From positions 1-36,629 of the forward strand of contig CAYGRQ010000001.1 of the NCBI GenBank assembly GCA_964352325.1: 36,629 nucleotides of DNA, in the 5' to 3' direction. Both the position numbers and the translations under genes were made by a program. Source of the stretch: an uncultured Pseudomonadales bacterium. Lineage in GTDB: Bacteria; Patescibacteriota; Microgenomatia; UBA1400; MFAQ01. Shown here piece after piece: positions 1-6,795 of this stretch. Numbering within the stretch: position 1 is the first letter of the stretch; each line of letters starts with the position of its first letter. Below the pieces are notes generated by a model. That model saw only the letters and a program-made list of their open reading frames with translations. It was not told the origin of the DNA and made no database searches.

Positions 1-166
1 GTCTTTTGACAATCTCAACAGTTCCATCTTGTGAATGATTGTCGACAACAATTACTTCTATTATCCTCTCTGACTCGCTTAATACAGACTGTAAACACCT
101 CCCTATGTGTTTTTCAGAATTATAAGTAAGGACTACCACAGAAGTATTTCTTTTGGGGCTTGACAT
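1..166 (-). CDS. Glycosyltransferase family 2, N-terminal fragment (runs off the left edge)
   Basis: My own reverse-complement translation from the ATG at 166-164 gives MSSPKRNTSVVVLTYNSEKHIGRCLQSVLSESERIIEVIVVDNHSQDGTVEIVKR. This is the classic GT2 N-terminus (xxVLTYNxE ... VVDNxSxDGT). It is absent from the ORF track because it is truncated by the window edge. Confidence 0.75.
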   Translation of the reverse strand, partial: MSSPKRNTSVVVLTYNSEKHIGRCLQSVLSESERIIEVIVVDNHSQDGTVEIVKR

Positions 167-195
167 TTATTTTTTACAGTAGAAAGATAGTATAA

Positions 196-2670
196 GTGAT
201 TTTCAAACTGCTCAAGAGGATTGTTTTCGTATTGATTTTCCTTTTTATTTTCTCTCGAGTCAACCGTGCATATGCCGTTTCTTCGCTCGATGAGGAATTT
301 GGTTCAACTCCCAGCTCACAACTATGGGTATCAGAAAAAAATAATGGCAACATTGAATCTCTTGATGGCTCACTTAAACTATCTGCTCCTCCAGGAAGTA
401 CTTATCCGTATCTTTATTTAGAAAATGGTCCTGAGTACTTGAATGGTAACTTTGTTTTTGAAACTAGATTTAAATTTTACGGATTTCAGAATTATGGTTA
501 CGGTATCATCTTGGCTGACAAATTATTATTAAATGGGACGTCCATCCCCTTAGGGTTAAGCGATTTTATTTTTGCTTTATGGCCCTTAGGAGAAAGTACT
601 CGTTCTTTTTCGTTGACTACGATTCTTTGTTCTAGTTCGTCTACCACCTGTAATGACTACAGTCTTGCGGCAACAGCAAGCTGGGATTCATGGCATATTC
701 TTAAGATCATCCGTTCCGGACAAATTTATTTTGCTTATTTAGATGGAGGTTTCATTTTTGAATCCAAACCAACAGCAAAAATTATTTCTCAATTGTGGTT
801 GGGCAACCCACAGCGTACTGGTGGCATAATCTGGGGAAATTTACTAGTTGATTACATCAAAATTAACGTTTCGACACCCACTCCTACCCCCACTCCATCA
901 CCGACGCCGGAGCCGTTGAGGCCGATCATTATTCTCCCGGGACTGGGCGGGAGCTGGGATTATGGAGCAATATTGAGCGGGACGGCGGGGACAAATTGGC
1001 AGGTTCCCTCTTTCATAACCCTGTATAAAAACTTAATTGATTCGTTGAAAAATGCTGGTTACGTAGAGGGCACTAATTTGTTTGTCTTCGGCTACGATTG
1101 GCGGAAAGGATTGACTGACCTGGCGGGGGACTTGAATAACTACGTAAACGGTTTGGGTTTGACCGGAAAAATAGATTTCATTGGCCATAGCTATGGCGGA
1201 TTGGTGGCCCGAACCTACGGACAAAATATCGGAATAGGAAAGATCGATAAGATCATTACTGCTGGCAGTCCACATCAGGGTGTCATCGACGCTTATGGTC
1301 TTTGGGAAGGAGCAACTGTTTGGAAAAATGTTTGGTGGCAGAGAGCGGCACTGGAATTAATGACAAAATTGAACCAACAACCAGGAGAAAATCGGGTCGA
1401 TACCGTCCGAAGACTGGCGCCTGGGATAAAAGATACGTTACCAACTTTTGATTTTCTAAAGAAAAATGATCTTCTGTTGTCTTCTAGTTCCCTACTCCAA
1501 AAAAATGTCGTGCTCGGCAACCTGAATGGAAACACCGCCACGATTGATGGTCTTTTGTGGGCAAACGGTGGAAATAATAACCAGACGGATCGATTTCTGA
1601 AAGTTGTGAACCGAGGTTGGTTAGAGAAAACCCAGGGGCTGTGGGAGGACGGAAAACCGATTGGGTCGCCTTTTGAAACAACCAATGAGGGCGATGGGGC
1701 GGTTTTAACCCTTAGTTCGACAAATGCGTTCAGCCAGAAGGCTCTTCTGACAGCCAACCATGAACAGATTATTGGCAGCAAAGAATCAATCGAAAAGATT
1801 TTTGAAGAACTGGGATTAGACACAAACAAGGTGATCACGGACGTTACCCCCGACTCTCAAAAAAGCGTTTTTATTGCCTCTCTGCGATCTCCAGGAACGC
1901 TGCGTGTTTGCGCCGAAACGGTTTGTGACGGAAATTTAGGCATTTATCTGCCTGATCAAAAATTGTTTTTCCTACCCGGGTACAATAACCAGACCCTAAC
2001 AGCTAGTGTAGACGCCGCTGGAGAAACCGGCAGTTATCAGCTCTACGTCGGCGATATGGATGAGGGACAGACGAATTGGAGAGACCAAAAGGGAAACCTC
2101 ATTACATCGAGTCAGGTAGATACCTACCAGGTTACTTCCAGTGACGGAGAGTTTGACATCTCCGGAGACAGTCAAACTTCTAGCCGCTCCTTCGATGAGA
2201 ACCTGTCCGTTCTTAATGGATTGCTCCCCAACTGGGATAAAAAGAACCTGGTTTCGGTGATGAGGTCTGAATCACAGCCGCGAAACAAAAGGATTGTGGC
2301 GATAAGACAGCTCAGAGAACAGCTGTCAAGATTGGTGATCAAGGCGCATAAAAATAACCGCTCGGACCAGATCGAAGCCATAATAAATGTCTGGACGGAT
2401 ATTGATGATCTCGCAGAAACTGTGATTGGAAGTGGAAATAGTACGAAGGGGGTTTTTTTGAATGCCAACATCGCCCAGGTCGAAGCTTATAAAATTTTGG
2501 GCGATAATCTTCTGCGAAATAGTACCAGCTACTACGCCGGCGTATTCTATACTCTCTTTACCGAGCGATTCGATGAAGCAAAGGAGATAAAGACTACACG
2601 GCGTGATTTGTCGTTGGATAAAACACTCTCGGCACGTTACCTACTCCTCACTGCCTTGGGGATTAAATAG
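196..2670 (+). CDS. Secreted multidomain protein: signal peptide, concanavalin/LamG-like beta-sandwich, PT linker, LCAT/PGAP1-like alpha/beta-hydrolase (lipase), ~400 aa C-terminal region of unknown function
   Basis: GTG start. The N-terminus MIFKLLKRIVFVLIFLFIFSRVNRAYA-VS looks like a Sec signal peptide. Residues ~30-225 have a lectin/glucanase-like pattern (W..H.L.I...G.IYFAYLDG...G.I.WGNLLVDYIKI). A PT linker STPTPTPTPSPTPEP lies at nt 871-915. The hydrolase has FGYDWR (nt 1093-1104), a nucleophile elbow GHSYGG (Ser codon 1189-1191) and GSPHQG. Confidence 0.8.
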   Translation: MIFKLLKRIVFVLIFLFIFSRVNRAYAVSSLDEEFGSTPSSQLWVSEKNNGNIESLDGSLKLSAPPGSTYPYLYLENGPEYLNGNFVFETRFKFYGFQNYGYGIILADKLLLNGTSIPLGLSDFIFALWPLGESTRSFSLTTILCSSSSTTCNDYSLAATASWDSWHILKIIRSGQIYFAYLDGGFIFESKPTAKIISQLWLGNPQRTGGIIWGNLLVDYIKINVSTPTPTPTPSPTPEPLRPIIILPGLGGSWDYGAILSGTAGTNWQVPSFITLYKNLIDSLKNAGYVEGTNLFVFGYDWRKGLTDLAGDLNNYVNGLGLTGKIDFIGHSYGGLVARTYGQNIGIGKIDKIITAGSPHQGVIDAYGLWEGATVWKNVWWQRAALELMTKLNQQPGENRVDTVRRLAPGIKDTLPTFDFLKKNDLLLSSSSLLQKNVVLGNLNGNTATIDGLLWANGGNNNQTDRFLKVVNRGWLEKTQGLWEDGKPIGSPFETTNEGDGAVLTLSSTNAFSQKALLTANHEQIIGSKESIEKIFEELGLDTNKVITDVTPDSQKSVFIASLRSPGTLRVCAETVCDGNLGIYLPDQKLFFLPGYNNQTLTASVDAAGETGSYQLYVGDMDEGQTNWRDQKGNLITSSQVDTYQVTSSDGEFDISGDSQTSSRSFDENLSVLNGLLPNWDKKNLVSVMRSESQPRNKRIVAIRQLREQLSRLVIKAHKNNRSDQIEAIINVWTDIDDLAETVIGSGNSTKGVFLNANIAQVEAYKILGDNLLRNSTSYYAGVFYTLFTERFDEAKEIKTTRRDLSLDKTLSARYLLLTALGIK

Positions 2671-3364
2671 TCAAAAGGTAGTGGTTTGTCTTCAGCCACT
2701 TGATGTGCATTTTGTAGTCAGGGTCGAGACTTTTGACTAGATCCCAAAAACTTTGGCGGTGGTGATGATGGATCAAATGACAAACCTCGTGGATGATGAC
2801 ATAGTCGACGACTTTGTGGGGGGCCATGATGAGCTTGCGGTTGAAGTTGAGATTGTTTTTGCGTGAACAACTACCCCAGATGGAGGAAACTTTCTTCAGG
2901 ACAATGCGGTTATGGGAAATGTTGAGTAGCTTGGTGAAGAAGTTAACCTTTTCGGTGATGATCCTCTTGCCGTTGTCGAGATACCAGCGGAGCATGGCTT
3001 CTTCCAGACCCTTTCTTTGTTTATGCGGAGGATGATGGGCGGGGACTTTGGCTTCAAAACAGTTGTAGAGAAATTGTAACCTGGGAGTAGCGATACCGAC
3101 AGTCGGAATGACGGCAAGGGGGTACTCTTCGCCGAAATAGAGGTGCTTTTCACCGTCGGTGTATTGTTTCGCTTTTGGATGTGGCTGGGCGCCGAGCCGA
3201 GCGAGAGTTTTTCTAATCCAGTCGGCTTTTGCCCGCACTATTTCTTCGATAGCCGAAAGAGATACCCAGGGAGGAACGGAAACTACCACTCCCCTCTCGG
3301 GTGTGATTGAGATTGATGAAGAAAGGCGGCGGCGGGAACTGCGAACGACTTTATAATTAATCAT
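2663..3364 (-). CDS. YgjP/DUF45-type (M48-like) zinc metallopeptidase
   Basis: HEVCHLIHHHH (HExxH) near the C-terminus and a DUF45-like N-terminus (YKVVRSSRRRLSSSISITPERGVVVSVP). The stop overlaps the convergent upstream CDS by 8 nt. Confidence 0.8.
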   Translation of the reverse strand: MINYKVVRSSRRRLSSSISITPERGVVVSVPPWVSLSAIEEIVRAKADWIRKTLARLGAQPHPKAKQYTDGEKHLYFGEEYPLAVIPTVGIATPRLQFLYNCFEAKVPAHHPPHKQRKGLEEAMLRWYLDNGKRIITEKVNFFTKLLNISHNRIVLKKVSSIWGSCSRKNNLNFNRKLIMAPHKVVDYVIIHEVCHLIHHHHRQSFWDLVKSLDPDYKMHIKWLKTNHYLLTI

Positions 3365-3440
3365 GGTGGACCCGGAAGGTCTCGAACCTTCGACCTCCCC
3401 GATGTGACCGGGGCGCTCTAACCAGCTGAGCTACGGGTCC
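3364..3440 (-). tRNA. tRNA-Val (anticodon CAC), CCA encoded
   Basis: The reverse complement GGACCCGTAGCTCAGCTGGTTAGAGCGCCCCGGTCACATCGGGGAGGTCGAAGGTTCGAGACCTTCCGGGTCCACCA folds by hand into a cloverleaf. Stems: 7-bp acceptor GGACCCG/CGGGTCC, D stem GCTC/GAGC, anticodon stem CCCCG/CGGGG with loop GTCACAT (U33, CAC, A37), T stem GAAGG/CCTTC with loop TTCGAGA. Confidence 0.93.
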
Positions 3441-3696
3441 TTAATGATAAGGTGTATTTTACAATTAGATCTTTAATTTGCCTACCAAACCCAGATTTAT
3501 AAAACTTTTCCCGAAGAATGGCGTCTTTTTTGCAGAAATAATTTTCGGAATAAATTAACTCAAATGGAGCGTTTAGCTTAGTGAAAGAATTACTTCCATT
3601 GTTGTGTTCAACCAAGCGTGTCTCTGGATTTTTTGACGTACTACCAACATACACCTTTTCATTTTTCAAACTTTTTAGAAAATATATGTAAAACAT
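3418..3696 (-). CDS. GIY-YIG nuclease family protein (URI/YhbQ-like, 92 aa)
   Basis: MFYIYFLKS..EKVYVGSTSKNPETRLVEHNNG...REKFYKS matches the GIY...YxG...R..EH...E core. The last 8 codons (LRTRSSAG) and the TAG stop are supplied by the 5' part of the tRNA-Val gene (overlap 3418-3440). Confidence 0.8.
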   Translation of the reverse strand: MFYIYFLKSLKNEKVYVGSTSKNPETRLVEHNNGSNSFTKLNAPFELIYSENYFCKKDAILREKFYKSGFGRQIKDLIVKYTLSLRTRSSAG

Positions 3697-3705
3697 ATTT
3701 AATCT

Positions 3706-3763
3706 GCGCTCTAACCTCCGCCATAGGCGGATCAGCCTTTGGCTGAAACTGCGCTACGGGTCC
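3706..3763 (-). pseudogene. Degenerate duplicate of tRNA-Val positions 1-27, interrupted in the D-loop by a 30-nt insert
   Basis: The minus strand reads GGACCCGTAGCGCAGTT[TCAGCCAAAGGCTGA][TCCGCCTATGGCGGA]GGTTAGAGCGC. Outside the insert it matches the real tRNA 5' part at 26/28 positions. It has no anticodon or T arm and runs straight into the GIY-YIG start region. Confidence 0.8.
3717..3746. repeat. Two abutting 15-nt palindromes (6-bp stem, 3-nt loop each) inside the tRNA fragment
   Basis: TCCGCC-ATA-GGCGGA (3717-3731) is followed directly by TCAGCC-TTT-GGCTGA (3732-3746). Both share the pattern TC-NGCC-NNN-GGCN-GA. Confidence 0.85.
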
Positions 3764-3773
3764 TTTTGGGCTT

Positions 3774-3792
3774 GCCCGACGATTCGTCGGGC
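3774..3792. other. Perfect 8-bp stem / 3-nt loop hairpin in the divergent intergenic region
   Basis: GCCCGACG-ATT-CGTCGGGC. It lies inside the TTG-initiated 5' extension of the lepB ORF, which argues for a downstream lepB start. Function unknown. Confidence 0.5.
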
Positions 3793-3828
3793 TTGAATTA
3801 TTATACCAAGAGCCTTAAGCTTAAAGAT

Positions 3829-4395
3829 GTGGCTAGGATAGTGAAAAAGTTCTTGGGTCTGTTGTACGAAATGGTGGAGGTGTTCGTGGTTTCGGCCTCG
3901 ATTTTTGTGGTGGTTTATCTTTTTTTGATGCAGCCGCATCAGGTAAAGGGTAGTTCGATGTTTCCCACCTTTCACGACGGCGAGTATGTTCTGACCGACA
4001 AAGTGACTTTTCGGACCAGGGCACCAAAATGGGGTGACGTGATCGTTTTTAGAGCACCGGTGAATGAAAATTTTGATTTCATCAAGCGGGTCATCGCCGT
4101 TCCCGGTGACAGAATCATGGTTTCCGGAGGCAAAGTCTATGTCAATGGCCAACCCCTTGATGAGTTCTACCTCCCCCCTGAATACACAACCGCGGCCGGG
4201 CAGTTTTTAAGAGAGGGAACGGAATATACAATTCCAGGAGGCTCGGTTTTTGCCGTCGGTGATAATCGTGGCCATTCTTCGGATAGTCGCGACTGGGGGC
4301 CAGTCCCCTACCAAAACATTGTCGGGAAAGCGTTTTTCCGCTACTGGCCGGGAGATAAAGTGGGTTTGATCGTTAACCCGGTGGAAAATCAATAA
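3829..4395 (+). CDS. lepB: Signal peptidase I
   Basis: GSSMFPTF (catalytic Ser), FIKRVIAVPGDRI (catalytic Lys box) and GDNRGHSSDSR. The ORF track begins at a TTG at 3739, inside the tRNA fragment and hairpin. GTG 3829 (chosen here) or ATG 3871 are more plausible starts, and the choice remains uncertain. Confidence 0.88.
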   Translation: MARIVKKFLGLLYEMVEVFVVSASIFVVVYLFLMQPHQVKGSSMFPTFHDGEYVLTDKVTFRTRAPKWGDVIVFRAPVNENFDFIKRVIAVPGDRIMVSGGKVYVNGQPLDEFYLPPEYTTAAGQFLREGTEYTIPGGSVFAVGDNRGHSSDSRDWGPVPYQNIVGKAFFRYWPGDKVGLIVNPVENQ

Positions 4396-5342
4396 TCCTC
4401 GAATTCGTCTTTGGGGGAGTCGATCGGAAGAATTGGTTCGAAGGGATTATTGAAGGCCGGGGCGGCATTGGCGGCGGCGGTTTCGGGAATGGTTTCTTCA
4501 GCAACTTCATTGGTGACCTCACCAGTGGAGAGGGCGATACAAATCTTTTTTAGCTGCTGTTCGGTTTCTTCCGGTTTCCCACGAAGAACGATACTGATGG
4601 CGGTCTCAATGCGGGAGCGGCGCATTTTGACCTTGGCATTTTTGCCAATTGAAGTCTGAATCTGATTGCTTAGCTGATCAATCAAGTCATTAATCGACTT
4701 GTTGGCGACATCATCGATAGCAACTTTGGTTTTGCCCCCCATTTGTTTCTTGAAGCGGCGGGCCAGTTCCTCGGCGCGACGGACGGAGCCGCCTTCACGC
4801 AGGATAATCTTGTAGGCTTCGATCATGGCCTGAGTTTCGGGGATGGCGGACAGAGCCCGAGCGTGGCCTTCGCTAATGACACCAGAAATCAGACCGTCTT
4901 TTAAGGCGTCGGGGAGTTCCAAAAGACGAAGTGAGTTGCTGACATAGGAGGGACTTTTGCCGGTGCGGGTGGCGATATCGAGATTGGTCAGGCTGAACTC
5001 CCGCATCAAGCGGTCGAAGGAATTGGCCCGGTCGATCGCGTTGAGATCACTGCGCTGAACGTTTTCGACGATGGCCATCTCGAGCATCCCCTGGGGCGAA
5101 GTTTGGATGATTTTGACCGGAACGTGAATCAAACCGGCCAAACGGGCAGCGCGCCAACGGCGTTCACCGGCGATGATTTGGTAGCCGGCCGGAGTGTGGG
5201 CGATGACGAGAGGTTGAATAAGGCCGTGGGTTTTGATGGAGTCAACCAGCTCGGCGAGAGACTCGGGAGTGATGACACCCCGGGGTTGCAAAGGATTGGG
5301 CTGAAGTTGATCTATCGGGAGTTGTTCGATGACGTCGGCCAT
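4389..5342 (-). CDS. parB: ParB/Spo0J family partition protein
   Basis: LQPNPLQPRG, GLIQPLVI and IIAGERRWRAARLAGL (ParB N-terminal CTPase box), followed by an HTH region. The stop overlaps the convergent lepB stop by 7 nt. Confidence 0.9.
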   Translation of the reverse strand: MADVIEQLPIDQLQPNPLQPRGVITPESLAELVDSIKTHGLIQPLVIAHTPAGYQIIAGERRWRAARLAGLIHVPVKIIQTSPQGMLEMAIVENVQRSDLNAIDRANSFDRLMREFSLTNLDIATRTGKSPSYVSNSLRLLELPDALKDGLISGVISEGHARALSAIPETQAMIEAYKIILREGGSVRRAEELARRFKKQMGGKTKVAIDDVANKSINDLIDQLSNQIQTSIGKNAKVKMRRSRIETAISIVLRGKPEETEQQLKKICIALSTGEVTNEVAEETIPETAAANAAPAFNNPFEPILPIDSPKDEFEDY

Positions 5343-5597
5343 TTACTTTTGAGGCAGGACTTCGACGTAATTGGTACCTTGTTTGATTTTGAAGTTAACG
5401 GTGCCGTTAACGAGAGCGGAGAGGGTGAAATCGCGGCCGCGCTCGACGTTTTCCCCGGCGTGGAAGTTAGCGCCGCGCTGACGGACGATGATTTGGCCGG
5501 CCTTGATCGCCTGACCACCGTACATCTTGACGCCGAGGCGTTTGCCGGCTCGTTGCGCATGTTGTCTGGTGGCTCCTCCTGATTTAACGTGGGCCAT
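5343..5597 (-). CDS. rpmA: 50S ribosomal protein L27
   Basis: [29 protein letters not shown]...IIVRQRG..FHAG.NV is the canonical L27 sequence. There is no N-terminal pro-extension. Confidence 0.95.
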   Translation of the reverse strand: MAHVKSGGATRQHAQRAGKRLGVKMYGGQAIKAGQIIVRQRGANFHAGENVERGRDFTLSALVNGTVNFKIKQGTNYVEVLPQK

Positions 5598-5604
5598 AAA
5601 ATTT

Positions 5605-6438
5605 CTATTTCTTTTCTAGGACGACGATTTCTCGTCTAACTTTCGCTTCCGGCTGGCTATACATCAAGCCTCGAGCAACGGTATTGTAGCCGATAAGCTT
5701 TGGATCGTCAATGACGGCGCTGGTTTTATATTGGCGACCTTGGTATTCAAAAACCGGAAAAATCATGGCGATGCGGCCACTGGTTTTTAGGAATTTAAAC
5801 CAATCCTTGAGGCAGCCGAGATAAAGTTTCATCAAACCCTTGGCCAGGTCAGGCAGGCGGTCGACGCGCGTCCCCGGCCGGCCCATGTATGATTCCGTAG
5901 CAATAAAATCAATTTCTTCTTTGAGGTGATCGGACAGAGCGGTGGCTTCGTAGGCCATGAGTTTCGAGCCGTAGCCAAAAAAATCGAGGTTTCGCCTGGC
6001 ACCAGCGGTCTGGACCGGATCCAGATCGTTACCGATGAGATTCATCTTCATCACCCCCGCTTCTATAAGAATGGTGCCCGAGCCGCAAAAAGGATCGAGA
6101 AGGGTCTGGCCTTCAGGGTCGTCGACGCCCACGGCCAGGTTGACGAGGATACGGGCAATTTTGGGAGGGAGCAGGCCTTTGTGACGATCGGAGTAGGGCT
6201 TAGTGCGATCGCGCTTGAACCAGGCTTTGGCGCTGTGGCGCCAGACCATTTTGCCGGTAGCGTCCGCGACCTCGACCAGGCCACCCAAACGATTGGCTAA
6301 ATAGTTCATTCGGGAAAGTCCGTCAAGATGAACTTGGTATTGATGATCCCCCGTTTTTTGCGGATTTTGACCGGAAACCTGGATTAGTTCCATGAGGGCC
6401 AGTTCTTCAGAAAAACCCAAGGTAAAAAGAAAGTCCAT
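5605..6438 (-). CDS. Class I SAM-dependent RNA methyltransferase (Trm11/UPF0020-like)
   Basis: Motif [17 protein letters not shown] is preceded by [13 protein letters not shown], typical of the Trm11/RlmL-type family. The expected (D/N)PPY motif IV position reads ATESYMG. Confidence 0.7.
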   Translation of the reverse strand: MDFLFTLGFSEELALMELIQVSGQNPQKTGDHQYQVHLDGLSRMNYLANRLGGLVEVADATGKMVWRHSAKAWFKRDRTKPYSDRHKGLLPPKIARILVNLAVGVDDPEGQTLLDPFCGSGTILIEAGVMKMNLIGNDLDPVQTAGARRNLDFFGYGSKLMAYEATALSDHLKEEIDFIATESYMGRPGTRVDRLPDLAKGLMKLYLGCLKDWFKFLKTSGRIAMIFPVFEYQGRQYKTSAVIDDPKLIGYNTVARGLMYSQPEAKVRREIVVLEKK

Positions 6439-6441
6439 TGC

Positions 6442-6783
6442 CTATTTTAGTTTGATGCCGGTGACAGTCAGATGACTCTCGATTTGGCGATGGCCAGTGG
6501 AGCGGCGATAGCGGGATTTGGCGCGGAATTTTCGAATCTCAATTTTTTCGCCAGGGGCGGTTTTATCGAGAGACAGTTCAACTGAGGCCCCTTCCACATA
6601 AGGGGTACCGACCTTAACGTCGGCGGCGGTGGAAACGAGAAGAACAGCGTCTACTTTTACTTTTTCACCATCTTTGGCGTCAAGTTTTTCGGCTGTGATT
6701 TTGTCTCCTTCCTTGACCAGGTATTGCTTACCGGAAAGCTCGATGACAGCTAGAGTACTGGTAGGTATCTTTTTGGTTGCCAT
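6442..6783 (-). CDS. rplU: 50S ribosomal protein L21
   Basis: AVIELSGKQYLVKEGDKI ... RKFRAKSRYRRSTGHRQ is the L21 signature. Confidence 0.93.
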   Translation of the reverse strand: MATKKIPTSTLAVIELSGKQYLVKEGDKITAEKLDAKDGEKVKVDAVLLVSTAADVKVGTPYVEGASVELSLDKTAPGEKIEIRKFRAKSRYRRSTGHRQIESHLTVTGIKLK

Positions 6784-6795
6784 AGCAGGTGTCGA

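Noticed and set aside
871-915. An ACN-CCN periodic stretch that looks like a short tandem repeat.
   Set aside because: It is in frame and encodes a Pro/Thr-rich interdomain linker (STPTPTPTPSPTPEP). It is not an independent repeat element or array.
3706-3763. The possibility that the upstream tRNA-like segment is a second tRNA gene, a split tRNA half, or exon 1 of an intron-containing tRNA with the GIY-YIG ORF as intron cargo.
   Set aside because: It has no anticodon, variable or T arm. The downstream tRNA at 3364-3440 is already complete with its own 5' half, so there is no exon 2 to join. I see no group I intron core elements in the 265-nt spacer, which is almost entirely ORF.
3775-3791. 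Recurrence of CCCGAC/GTCGGG at the hairpin near GIY-YIG no. 1, at the 13-bp TIRs and at the outer ends of the 40-bp IRs, as a possible shared recognition site.
   Set aside because: The hexamer also occurs in unrelated coding regions (for example near 1849, 11925 and 13145). About 18 occurrences are expected by chance in a window of this size, so the evidence is insufficient without statistics.
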